Origin: Macrostomum lignano
Taxonomy: Eukaryota
DNA: 64,000 nucleotides
Direction of reading: 5' to 3'
Assembly: GCA_002269645.1 (NCBI GenBank)
Contig: NIVC01000059.1
Span: 186,001-250,000 of the forward strand
The notes beneath the pieces were generated by a model. The model searched no databases and had not been told where the DNA came from. It saw only the letters and a list, made by a program, of their open reading frames with translations. Of the stretch, positions 1 through 11,244 are shown one piece after another. Both the position numbers and the translations under genes were made by a program. The first letter of the stretch is position 1; each line of letters starts with the position of its first letter.

Positions 1-1095
1 TGATAGGCAAGGATAGCTAATGTCATGCAAAATGAACTCAATGTATACACAAAAAGAAAATGGTTATTTGATGAAGCAAAATGATAAAAGCTATAACAAA
101 AATATGTGACTATGAGAAAAGCTTAATTTCAAAGGTTATGAATTCATAATCTATAAATTAAATAAAAGCAATGAATCACTAAATATTTTAATAAATATAA
201 AAGCTTTTATACTATAGTTTGGATAAGTACACTGTACAGCATGGAACATTGGAAAAAGGCTTTTTTTAATAAAAATTAGTAAAAAATTAATAAAACAATA
301 AAGGACCTTTTTGCAATTGTGACAATAAAAAACTATATTTGCAGCTATGCAATTTGAAATGAAATGCTATCAACTAAAAACTTTCTTATAAAAATTTGGA
401 AAAAGCAAAATTTGTGACAATTGTACATAAAAATAAAGTTTCTTTTATAGTGCATGTACATTAAAAGAATAAAAATTATTGTAAAATGTAATTTTGTATT
501 TATCAAAGTTTTGAAGTTTTGATGAGTTTAAGTTTGTGTGCCAAAAATTTACTTGAGTTGAAATTGGTATACCAAAGTGGTTTATGCAAAAACAGTTAAA
601 CTATTCATTGGTATGCCAGAAATTTCCAGTGTACCAGTAACAGTGACTAACCTTCAAAAGTGTGGCTTCTATATTATCACTTTTTATTTAAAGCTGATAT
701 TATCAAAACTAAAAGCATACAAAAATTATAAAAAGAAAATTTAAACTAAGTTTCAAAAAACCTAGGCCTATTTTCTTAAAGGTTTTTAAAAATAACATTT
801 GCAACTTTTTTATTTTTTGTTACTAATTATACTTTTATTAATTAATACATATATTTATAAATTGATATAAATAAATTAAATACTTATAATATTAATTATA
901 TTTAATTCCCTGTCTAGGGTAAAAAAGCACAAAATAAAATTAGAGAAGAGCAAAGAAAGCAAGTGAAAGCTTTTGTTTTTATCCTAAACAAAAAACTACT
1001 GTTTTAAATCGAAATATTAAGTAAAAAAATTATTTTCATCCATAATTCATGGAAGCAATTTAAATATATTAGAAGAAAATTTTTATCAGAATTAC

Positions 1096-1371
1096 CTCAG
1101 AAGGTTCGATGTTATAACACTCTGCAATCTTTGCATAAAGTTCTTTGACGTTTGTAAAGCCACTAATTATTCCTGTGGGGCTTCCATGAGCCAGTTGACA
1201 ATGAAAATTATATTGTGGCCTTTGCGACTCTGGGCTTTCATCTGCACTTCCTGGTACTGCACCAGCTTGTTTGTGGCTTGCATTTGAAGTTTGTGTTGCA
1301 TCGCGGGAAGGCTGAGCGTGCGTAGGGCTTTCTTTATTGCCATCTTTCTTTTTCTTACCGAAAAGAGGCAT
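1096..1371 (-). CDS. GIPC: GIPC PDZ-adaptor family, first coding exon (GH1 domain); the rest of the gene lies left of the window
   Basis: Translation [31 protein letters not shown] matches the GIPC GH1 signature ([24 protein letters not shown]). Phase-0 donor GAG|GTAATT at 1096/1095; the ORF-track tail ILIKIFF is intron read-through. Confidence 0.9.
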
Positions 1372-1849
1372 TTTGATTCTATACGCAGAAAAATTCGTAG
1401 AATATGCTTACCTGCTTCTTCAATAGTAAAAACAACCCAGAGAAAACAAGTTAAACTTCAGTCAATCGGCGTGCGTAAAAGGCGTGGTCACTGGCGTATT
1501 TGTAGCTATTTTGTAAACTTAGCGGTTTTTCATTCAACTTTCTATTCTTGATTGTACTTTTTAAAATATATTTAAAAAATAATAAATAGCATTGTATTTA
1601 AAATTTGTTATACATATTTCCGTATTTACCGGATATTGTACACCGGATACCAAATCTGTATGCATAGCAAACAGGGGGTATTTAGTTCGCATATAAGATG
1701 TACCGGTATATATATTATATAATATTTATATATCTCAAAAATTAATAAAATTAAAGTTTATCAATTGGTAAATAAGATTTCGGACAGTTTACGAAGCTCA
1801 AGGACCTTTGAAGTATAGTTTACATGTATATACATATACATCTCTCGAC

Positions 1850-2900
1850 TCTCAATATACTTAAAATCTAGCGAGATGTTTGTCTGTTTGCATTGTTTGT
1901 TGCGTATCTCCTGCCAGACTTCTAGCTATAAAAATTAAAACTCTGTGTGTCTGTCATTGAGGAAAGAATCCATATAGAAATGGAGTGGTAATCTGAGCCA
2001 GTTATTTTTGTTTCGCTCGATCTTCACTTTAAGAATCCCTTCCCCCCGTTCCTTCCTATTGGCTCGTGACTGCCATAGAGAAACTCGTTTTCGTCTCGTT
2101 TTTTGTTTGAGTGTACAATAAACTTACGAGTATATCAAACTTTGTGAAATTAAATGCCTGCAATTCTGGCAGCGAAGCATCGAGATGAAGGAATGGAATA
2201 GAAGGCTTAGTTCAGCTACACAAAAAAACAAAAAAACTAAAACTGATGTGAGAGAGCTTATTTTGATGTGAGCTCGTACTATGCTGGGACATATACCTAT
2301 TAGAGGGGGACGAAAACAAAAAAAACGAGACGAAGACGAGTCTGTCAGCGGCCAGAGGCGTTGTCAACCGGGGGGGGGCAGGGTGGCAGGGTGGGTAAAC
2401 GATGTGGGGGGACATTCCAACGCTTTGTCCCCCTCACCCAACCTTGTCACCCGTTATGGAAATCAAAAATTTTGCTTCAGGGTTACAAAATATAGTGCCT
2501 GCGGCGCTAAAAGGAGTGCCCGCGGCGCCAAATGAGCGCTGACAATACCGATTCTGAAAATAATATACATGTACATACGAAAGTATATAATTCTTGGCTT
2601 TGTTCCCCCATCATAAAATCCATGGCGATGCCATCTGTCAAATGGCAGTCACGAGCCAAATGTTAAGAGGATCAGGGGGGAGAAGGGATGCTAATATAAG
2701 TAAAGACCGAGCGAAACAAACACAACTGGCTCAGATTAGCACTCCATTCTATTCTTTCCTCCGTGGTGTCAGTGTGTCTGTCTGTGTACAAATTTGTTCC
2801 GCTTTGGATTCCCAAACTTCCCACTCAACCAAATTACACCAAATTTTGCACCTACCCAAAACTCACTATGGAGAATGTCTTAAGCTAACTTGAAATAAAA
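1850..2900. mobile_element. Degenerate non-autonomous transposon remnants (Helitron-head-like pieces; inverted repeat 2084-2108 / 2314-2340)
   Basis: Segments near 1855-1960 and 2690-2880 have the layout of non-autonomous Helitron 5' ends (ATATAC/CTAATATAAG start, TGTCTGT runs, ACCAAATTTTGCAC). CTCGTTTTCGTCTCGTTTTTTGTTT recurs inverted about 250 bp away. No intact ends. Confidence 0.3.
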
Positions 2901-3758
2901 TTGATTCAAAATAATGATAGGAGGTATAAAATTCTGCGGTTTTCTAAATTTCTAAATTAATGCCTAATTAACTTCAAATATTTAGGACTATCTGTATGCG
3001 AGTATGAGAGTTATAGCCCTTATAGGTGTAGGCACTGTAGGGTTTTCACAAGAGTACAGAGAAATGCTTTGCGGCGTGACTGTCTCCAGGGATTTGTAAA
3101 ATGTTAGTTAGTGTTTTAGCACCTCACTGAAAAGTCCTACATCGTCTATTGGTTCTTACGGCTTTAGTGAGACTTCTTTCTTCTTTACCGAGTGAATTGC
3201 CTTTGTCAACTGAGGAGCGTCTGTAGCACCGCGTTGATAAATTCCAGATATTGCTCTGTTGAGTTGGCTATACTTTCGTACCGAGAGCTGGACAGTCCAA
3301 AAGCGAGAGCACTTCAACCGCTAAGTAACTGGGCTTAAACAAGCAAATCGCGATTGCAGCCGGACCTGTTGAATCGATCATACGGACCCAACACTCTATC
3401 GATAGTAGTCTTAATTGTTTGCCTAAAGCATATTTTCCTGCCAACATGCACATCGATAAATGCAGCATTTTCTAGCCAAGGGGAAGCTGTGTAGATAGGC
3501 TCAATGCTTTTCTGATAGATGTGGCCGAAATATTATAATATCATTTCTAAACAGCTCTAATTCAATAGAAATATTTAGCAACTGGTCTTTTGTGCTTCAA
3601 TCTTGTTATTTATTTAGGAAGATATTATCAGTACATAATCACAGCTCGTTCACGATAACATGAAATCAGACAAATTTGCGATAACACGACTTGTCCAAGG
3701 ATTTTTGTAGCTCATTCAGCAGTTCCTTGATCTGATGCTTTATTTTGTGTCCATTAAT

Positions 3759-4075
3759 CTACAGTAAAAACAAGCCGATGATGGCAGCAGTAGCAACCAC
3801 TCCGAACAGCGATATAAGCCGCTCAATTGCGCGTGCCGCGATGACCCAGTCCGAATCGTGGTGACGTTGGTGACGTGGTGACGTTACGGTACTGACGCAG
3901 AGCAGTCGGCCCAGGCATCGAACAAAGACCGCCCGAGTACATCCCGGCATGCGGCTGCCCTCCAGCCTGAAGTGGAACAGCATGACCAGCGATATCAGCA
4001 GCAGCGACACGGTGGACAGCATCATGACGGCCGTGATGAACATGTCAGGCAACTTTTGCCACTTTTGCGACTCTC
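3759..4075 (-). pseudogene. 5'-truncated Cys-loop channel paralog (M3, loop, M4 only)
   Basis: FITAVMMLSTVSLLLISLVMLFHFRLEGSRMP...DSDWVIAARAIERLISLFGVVATAAII closely matches the C-terminus of 6328-7620. Homology stops near 4075 and no extracellular domain or M1-M2 is present upstream. Confidence 0.8.
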
Positions 4076-4989
4076 TCTCGTCCCTCTGCCCCGTGCGCAT
4101 CCACCTCCCCCCGATCTGGTTTTAAGCTCTTCTCGCGTTGTGTTGGCTCGCCTTGTCTGTTTGCTCAGAATCAAATTTTTATCTTCTGTGGTTTCTTTTA
4201 TCTTTATTCATAATGGCGATCGCTTTTCCCTTAAAATTCGTTTTAATTGTCCCAAGTCTATAGGGTTTTATGGGGCTTGCGTGCCTCGTTTCCCCACATT
4301 GGTGTTTGCATCAGGCCGCTTTCGTGCTCCGACCGTGGAATTAAACAGTCGATAAGGAAACGTCATTGTGTGGATAAGGTTGTATTAAGACCGGCATGTT
4401 TGAGCCCAATAATTGCCATCGATTCTTAGAAAAGAGCTATAGGGAACAAGGCGACATGGTATAGGCATGTATTGATGGCTGACCGATGTAAATGTACCCC
4501 TACATGTATATAGAAATGAAAACCTTTCCCACAAGAACAACATGAGTCTAATATGCAGTTACGCTCGTATTACCGCAACGTTTTTTGGGTTAATCTTTCT
4601 TTAGTAAGACTCACAAAGAATTGGGGGCCAACGCGATTCAGACAAAATCTGCCACGGGGCTAAATGCACTGCAGGAAAATCTCATGGACCCGAGCCTACC
4701 TACCAGGTACTTCGGACTTGTAGCTCCAAAATGTATTTTTACGAATTTTTTATAGCTATTCATGTTTCTTTTCTCTGAAAAAACTGATGTAATTATAATT
4801 CGCCTGTCTAATATTTACATGTTACATATGCAATTTAGATCTGTAGTTCCTGCCTTTCTGCCCTCAAAAAAGGGATAAGGGATTTTTAAGGGATAAAATT
4901 TTAACAGTACGAGTTTAAATGGAAGCTTGAATTCTGATTTGAGTTTGAATTGTGACCGATTTCTGTTGCCAAGTTCGGAAGGCTCTAAA

Positions 4990-5260
4990 GTCCCGAAAAC
5001 TTCGGTATTCGATGTAGGCAGAACCGTCTGACTCTCGCTCCACGTCCCTGGTTCGATTCCGTACGCGGCCCGCATGCTTATCGGGCCTGTGCACGAAAGT
5101 TGGCCCAGGGGGTTGTCCTGCGATTCTCGCCCACATGAGGGCCAAACCCCAAGGCGCAGAGGGTGTACATCCCCTGACGATTAGAAAGTCAAAAAGGCCC
5201 TGTGTGAGCGAGTGCACGAATGCGTGCCTGCTTACAATGTGCTCAGGACTCGGCGGAATG
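4990..5260 (+). mobile_element. tRNA-derived SINE
   Basis: Pol III B-box GGTTCGATTCC near 5050; the body is homologous to 15995-16278 (shared GACGATTAGAAAGTCAAA and CCTGTGTGAGCG). Confidence 0.6.
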
Positions 5261-5842
5261 AGCTGAGTTGCCTCAGAATTGCAGAAGAGCAGTATAGTGG
5301 ATGAAGCCACAACCCTTTGTACCATAATTATTATTAATAATAATCTTGTTATGCGGAGAGCACTCAAGCTTCCCTCTCCTAGCTACCATCAATTAACTTG
5401 CCAGGAAGAACTTAATTAATTATACACGGTTTCTGCTCTCGCTGAAATACAGACTGTTTACTCTGCAACTGAAGCAGATTTAGCGCCCAGCAATGGCAAC
5501 TGGACGAACGGGCCCCATTGCTAGCTATTCAAATATTTGCCCAAACGTTAATTGCATTAGCAAAACGCCTAGCCTTTTTCCATTGCCTGTATTTCACGCT
5601 TGACTAGTGCGTATCCAATGGCAACGGTGACTGTTTACTTTGGTTTATTCAAGCCCTTCCGCAATTGGCATTAGCCTATGCATGAAACAATTGATCCCGC
5701 ATGTTCCACTACAAATCTATCTAGTCACTGCCCAAGTAAGTCCGGGGATCAATGCCTGTTTCCTAAATTTCAGAGCCAAAAATTCCGAAAAATTCAATTC
5801 AGAAGATTATTCAGAAAATAAAACAAAAACCACTGCAAAGAG

Positions 5843-6255
5843 TATTAGTTTTTGCGAGCTATCTCAGCCAAGGAGCAAGCAAACTCATCCATCCCATAGA
5901 TTTCAATACGACGAAGGAGGTGGTTTGAACCATAGACTATCACGTTTTTTTCAACCAAACTCATCCAACGGGCGAGCAATCTCAGCCATAGCTTGTCTGC
6001 CCATTCATTTCCTCTTCCCTTCTTTCTTTCCTCCTCCTCCGAAGGCTCAGTTGCGACAAACATCCTCTTATATACGAACCAATTAGATTTTTCGCTTAAT
6101 AAACAAGCTATGGCTGAGATTGCTCGCCCGTTGGATGAGTTTGGTTGAAAAAACGTGATAGTCTATGGTTCAAACCACCTCCTTCGTCGTATTGAAATCT
6201 ATGGGATGGATGAGTTTGCTTGCTCCTTGGCTGAGATAGCTCGCAAAAACCAATA
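5843..6255. mobile_element. MITE with about 150-bp near-perfect terminal inverted repeats and TA flanks
   Basis: About 5845-5995 is the reverse complement of about 6104-6253, with a spacer of about 105 bp; TA at 5843-5844 and 6254-6255. Confidence 0.85.
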
Positions 6256-6327
6256 TCAATTAATAGGGTAGTTAATAGAATGCCAATGCCTTTCATAAGC
6301 ATTCAAATCTCAGTTAGTCAAGTTTCA

Positions 6328-7620
6328 TTAAGAGAAATGAATATACGGCCCCACCAGAAAGACTACAATTATGACGGCGGTAGCAACCACTCCGAACAGC
6401 GACAAGAATCTCTCGATAGCGCGGGCGGCCACCACCCAGTCTGAATCGACCGATTTCTCTTCCGCCGTAGGCGGTTTCCGCACGCAGTCGCCGTCGCCCT
6501 CAGCCTCAGCCGGACTCTGCTGGCCCACCTGTGACGCTGTGGCGCCGCTGATGCAGAGAAGGCGGCCCAGGCATCGAACAAAGACCGTCCGAGCGCATTC
6601 CGGCATGCGGCTGCCCTCCGGCCTGAAGTGGAACAGCATGACCAGCGATGTCAGCAGCAGCGACACGGTGGACAGCATCATGGCGGCCGTGATAAACAGG
6701 GCAATGGCGGGCATCTTCTGCGACTTCGGCAGAATTCCGTCCAGAAGCAGCAAGAACACAGTGTAGCTGAGCATGATTGTGATGCCGAATCCCAGCTTCT
6801 CACCGGACTCCAGGGGCAGAAAGTACACCAGCACTTGAAGCAAAGTTAGGAGCAACAAAGGCGTGATGATGTTGATGAAATAGTACGTTGAGACTCGCTT
6901 CAAGTGCAATCGCAGAACAAAGGTCGAAAGTTCGGTCTCATTGTGTCCTTCGATTATAAAAAAATTTTTGGTTTCCAAATCTGCTGTTGCATTTTTCAAT
7001 ATCCACTCGTTGCTAGGCTTGTAAATTCCTGTCACCCGCATGGGCATTGCGCTGCGAACAGGCCGCACTGCATCAGGATTGGCCTGAGTTGCAAGGAAGA
7101 ACAGCAGCTCGCAAGTGTGCTGGTCGTACGGAAAGTCGGACATGTTGAATTGGCAAAAAAATTCGAACTCCCGGCGCCAGGATGAAGCAACCGTCGTCAC
7201 GCTTGAACTCTTAGACATCAGTGTAAGTCGGATTCGAGGAATCAGAATCTGTTCATCGCCGTTACCGTTGTATGTCATGATGATTGGGTACCAAATTTTC
7301 GCAGGGTCCCAGCTAGTAGAACCGACGCCACCAAAGTCGGCAGGATTCCACACGAGTCGCTCCTCTTCCCAGCTGGCTAGAACGTAGGCAGCGATTTTGA
7401 TGTTCTGCTTGGCAGTGTCCACTGAGACTAAATGGCTGACCATGATGTCTAACGACACGTCGACTTTCTTTGTCTTGTTTAGTATGGGCAGAATAAATTG
7501 GCTGTAGTTTGCAACTTTGTTGTTCAGGTGCTGCATTAGCAGGACATCGTAATCAGTAGCTAGTGTCGAGGCTAAGACCGAAACCAGCAGGATGAACGAG
7601 AATAGCATTTTTTGTCTCAT
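6328..7620 (-). CDS. Intronless Cys-loop ligand-gated ion channel subunit (divergent nAChR/5-HT3-like, non-alpha), copy 1
   Basis: Signal peptide, WEEERLVWNP motif, Cys loop CQFNMSDFPYDQHTC (C-x13-C), M1-M3 with the GEK cation-selectivity motif, short M3-M4 loop and M4. Start ATG probably 7620 or 7608 rather than the ORF-track 7650. Confidence 0.92.
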   Translation of the reverse strand: MRQKMLFSFILLVSVLASTLATDYDVLLMQHLNNKVANYSQFILPILNKTKKVDVSLDIMVSHLVSVDTAKQNIKIAAYVLASWEEERLVWNPADFGGVGSTSWDPAKIWYPIIMTYNGNGDEQILIPRIRLTLMSKSSSVTTVASSWRREFEFFCQFNMSDFPYDQHTCELLFFLATQANPDAVRPVRSAMPMRVTGIYKPSNEWILKNATADLETKNFFIIEGHNETELSTFVLRLHLKRVSTYYFINIITPLLLLTLLQVLVYFLPLESGEKLGFGITIMLSYTVFLLLLDGILPKSQKMPAIALFITAAMMLSTVSLLLTSLVMLFHFRPEGSRMPECARTVFVRCLGRLLCISGATASQVGQQSPAEAEGDGDCVRKPPTAEEKSVDSDWVVAARAIERFLSLFGVVATAVIIVVFLVGPYIHFS

Positions 7621-9127
7621 TCTGCAGTGCATTGCTGATCGCATAGGCAACTGGTACGTCTGATAAAATAGTTTTAATGCCGTTTCACCCCGACCAGTTA
7701 CAGGTTAGGCTCAAAGATCGCCTGAGAATCCGTTCGCTGCTTTTATTTTATTGGACAGATAGAGACGGCTTTTATCGCTATTGACACAGGAACGTAATGC
7801 AGCGCCAGTGTCATTAAATTACTACCGACATATTTGACGAGTCTCTGATAAATTATCCAGTTTGATTAACAATATTCCTTTCTCAACAAAGATATGGATA
7901 TACTCGTGCAAGCTTAATGGATAAATCCGTGTTAGATGTTGAAGAGAAAAGAACAAAAATGGTTCAGAAATAACAATTAGAAAAACAATTGCTTCTTCAT
8001 AGAGCAGTCAATCTTCAAAAAAAAATTTTTGCAAAGTTAAGCCTAAAAAGCCTAAAATAAATATCTAAAGAAGTAATGGAACACATTAGACGATAAACAT
8101 AAAGAACTGAGTCACTGTACTTTATCAATACAGAACAAATAAATCCTGAGGCATAGCAGACATAATAAAGCTTAATATGAAGTATTAATATAAAGTAATA
8201 ATATAAAGATTAATATTATTATAATTCGAATATCTTTTAGGCTATATTCAATATTATCCCTTAATATCGCTAGTAGGTCTATTCGAGAGAGCTATTTATT
8301 TGTCCCTAGACAACTACGGTAAAATAATTAAGGAATGGTATGTATAACTCGTCCCGGGAAAAACATGCCAAACTTCCCAAGTCAGCCATCATGTACATGT
8401 ACTTAGTTGACATTTTTGACTTACCAAGTTTGTGAAGTATCATTATCATGAACTGTCTACATCCAAGTTCTGGGAAAGTGACTTAAGAAGTGACTTAAGA
8501 AAACATTGCATGCTTATAAAGTACCTGTCGAAAATATAGTTTTTTATGTTTTTCTCGGGATAGCTAGTTTTTTTTCTCGGGATATCCCCCACTGGATGCG
8601 AGAAGTCAAAAAAACAACAACGGCAAATGTCCGAGTCCTTAGATGGCAGCGTAACAGGGTTTCAAGAAGCGTCACAAGAATGTTGGCTTATGTCTTATTT
8701 GTAAAATAGCGAAAGTATTAATTCAAAGATTTAAATTGCATGCTGTGATATGACTAGTTTATTTTTAATTTTTTAACAGTTTTGCTACGTCTCGTTTTTG
8801 GGGGAGGCGTTGCGACAACATTTATATCTAGCTAACGAAAATATAATGTTCAAAAGAGTTTATTTGGATAAAGCATAATTGCGTGCAGCTGAGATCATAA
8901 GCATTTCTTGGGTGGACAAGGAGTACAGCGAGAGTGCAAGTTGAAATCCAGTAAACTTTATTTATCGACCGAATCTACTGAAAATGTTTCGAAAAAAGAT
9001 CAAAACAATAATTAAAAAATAGGCTCATTTTTGAGTTAGCAATGGGTTAAATTTCAAACAAGATTATTTAAGCAGGCAGTCCTAAATCCATTGCGCAGTT
9101 TTAGATTCTTCTTACGCTCGTAAAAGC

Positions 9128-10432
9128 TTAGTCTTGATTTTGAATCATGGGTTTCAAAACAAATACTCCGATGATTGCAGCTGTGGCGAAAACTCCCAGA
9201 GCCACCATCAGCCTCTCAATCGCGTAGGAAGCCACAATCCATTCCGACTTCGCCACGGGAGCTGAGTCGGCCATCTTGCGCACACTGGACTCGCTTGCCG
9301 CTGCGTCAGCAGTCGGAGTCTCACCGACCTGCGCACTGGACGAGCCGTTCACGCAGAACACGCGTCCAAGGAATCGGACAAAGAAGCCTCGGGCGCATGC
9401 GGGCATCTTGGTGCCCTCCGGAGCGTAGTGAAATCGCATGATTAGCGAAGTTAACAGCAGTGACACCGTTGACAGGATCATGGCAGACGTGATGAACGAT
9501 GCAATAGCTGGTGTTGACTGCGACTTCGGCAGGATGCCGTCCAGAAGCAGCAGAAACACGGTATAACTGAGCATGATTGTGATGCCGAATCCCAGTTTCT
9601 CGCCGGATTCGAGTGGTACAAAGTACACCAGCACTTGAAGCAGAGTCAACAGCAACAGCGGAGTGATTACGCTTATCAAATAGTACGTTGAAACTCTTTT
9701 AAACTGCACCTTGATAATATAAGATGGGAGCATTTGCTTCGCAGCTACTCCGCGAATCAAATTGTAAGCCCTATATTCAGCTTTTGAGGATGCATTCACC
9801 AATGTCCACTCGCTGCTCTCTGTGTATAGCGCCTTTATATTGAATGGGTAATTGGTCTTCGCTATTGGAATAACCATCGAATTTCCGTGCCCCTGGTCGC
9901 TGAAGAAGAACTCCAACTCGCAGTCGTGCTGATCCCAAGGGAATTTTGACACGTCAAATTGGCAGGCGAATTCGAACTCGCGACGCCACATTGCAGTAAC
10001 TTGCGTACTGTTCACTGTTGTCGACAAAAGATCTACCGGCATCTGCGGCTCAAGGAGCTGCCCATCTCCGATGCCATTATAAACTATTATGACAGGAAAC
10101 CAGATCTCTGACGCGTCCCGGTTAATCACTTTCACGCCGCCAAACTTTTTCGGATCCCAAACCAGTCGATCCTCCTCCCACACAGCCTGAATGATTGCTG
10201 ATATTTTTATGCTCTGCTTTGCCGTGTCCACAGACACAATCTGACATAGAAGCGAGTCCATTACGATTTGAATCACCTTGTCCTTGTTAATTCTTGGCAA
10301 CAGATTCGGACTGAAATAGCTGATGTTGTTCTTTAAATACGTGTCAAGTTCTCCCTCGAAGTCCTGCTGTCCCTGGACACCAGCCGCTGTCAGCAATAGT
10401 GTGACGAAAATCGCAAACAGAGTTGGCTTCAT
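9128..10432 (-). CDS. Intronless Cys-loop ligand-gated ion channel subunit, copy 2
   Basis: 434-aa ORF with signal peptide, Cys loop CQFDVSKFPWDQHDC, PLESGEKLGFGITIMLSYTVFLLLL M2 region and four TM helices. Confidence 0.93.
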   Translation of the reverse strand: MKPTLFAIFVTLLLTAAGVQGQQDFEGELDTYLKNNISYFSPNLLPRINKDKVIQIVMDSLLCQIVSVDTAKQSIKISAIIQAVWEEDRLVWDPKKFGGVKVINRDASEIWFPVIIVYNGIGDGQLLEPQMPVDLLSTTVNSTQVTAMWRREFEFACQFDVSKFPWDQHDCELEFFFSDQGHGNSMVIPIAKTNYPFNIKALYTESSEWTLVNASSKAEYRAYNLIRGVAAKQMLPSYIIKVQFKRVSTYYLISVITPLLLLTLLQVLVYFVPLESGEKLGFGITIMLSYTVFLLLLDGILPKSQSTPAIASFITSAMILSTVSLLLTSLIMRFHYAPEGTKMPACARGFFVRFLGRVFCVNGSSSAQVGETPTADAAASESSVRKMADSAPVAKSEWIVASYAIERLMVALGVFATAAIIGVFVLKPMIQNQD

Positions 10433-11244
10433 GTTTGACTGTCAGCTAGTTCTGCTTTGGTATGCCTCAGTTCTCAAAAGAGAAATTCAGCCTACTTTTG
10501 TTATAAATATGGAGTCTGTCCAAACAATGGGTTTGTATGAAATTGATTGGCTAGCTGTGTGGCTTCTCACGGGAGTCACGCGCATACAGCATGCATATTT
10601 GAGTGGTGCTTCTAACACAATGCCTACCTGAGAGGTAACAACTGTGCAAAGTAATTGATTGATCTGAATGGGGAAATCAAGCAAACAGTCGCGCACAGTC
10701 TTATAGCCGAGCTGCTTTATTAATCAATTCTGATGAAAAAATGGAAGCCATGATTGATGTCCAAACCTATTTCAGTGGCCGTTCTAGTGCCTTTCAATTA
10801 ACCATCATTAATTGTTTCGCTGTCGCAGCAATGAGCAGGTACGAATGATGAGGGTTGTCGGACGAAAAGCCAAGCCCACTAACCGATCTCATCACAGATT
10901 AACAACCACCCTTTTCTTGATTGACTCAATTACGTTTCTTGCTTTATCAGACAATCTAAACTACTCTTTGTAGCTAACTGTGCACTGATCGAAAAGTTTT
11001 GCTAACTTGTCTTTTTGGTGACATTATCGTTATATTGAACATTATTCAGCCAGAAGAAGAAGAAGTACAGAAAATTTAGCAGATAGCAGTAGTGCCTTGT
11101 AGACAAAAAGATGAATAGATTTCTAATAAATTGTTTATTTTAGAATAATGATGCGTGATGCGCATTTTCTCACGCTTGGTCCTCAAAAACAGAGAAAGAT
11201 GTGAGCTTCAGTGCAACTGTTAGCCGCAAAAGTGCAAAGCCAAG

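Noticed and set aside
4990-5080. tRNA genes at the B-box motifs (also 16000, 33480, 36210, 47660)
   Set aside because: No complete cloverleaf could be drawn; they continue into repeat bodies, so they were treated as SINE or element parts.
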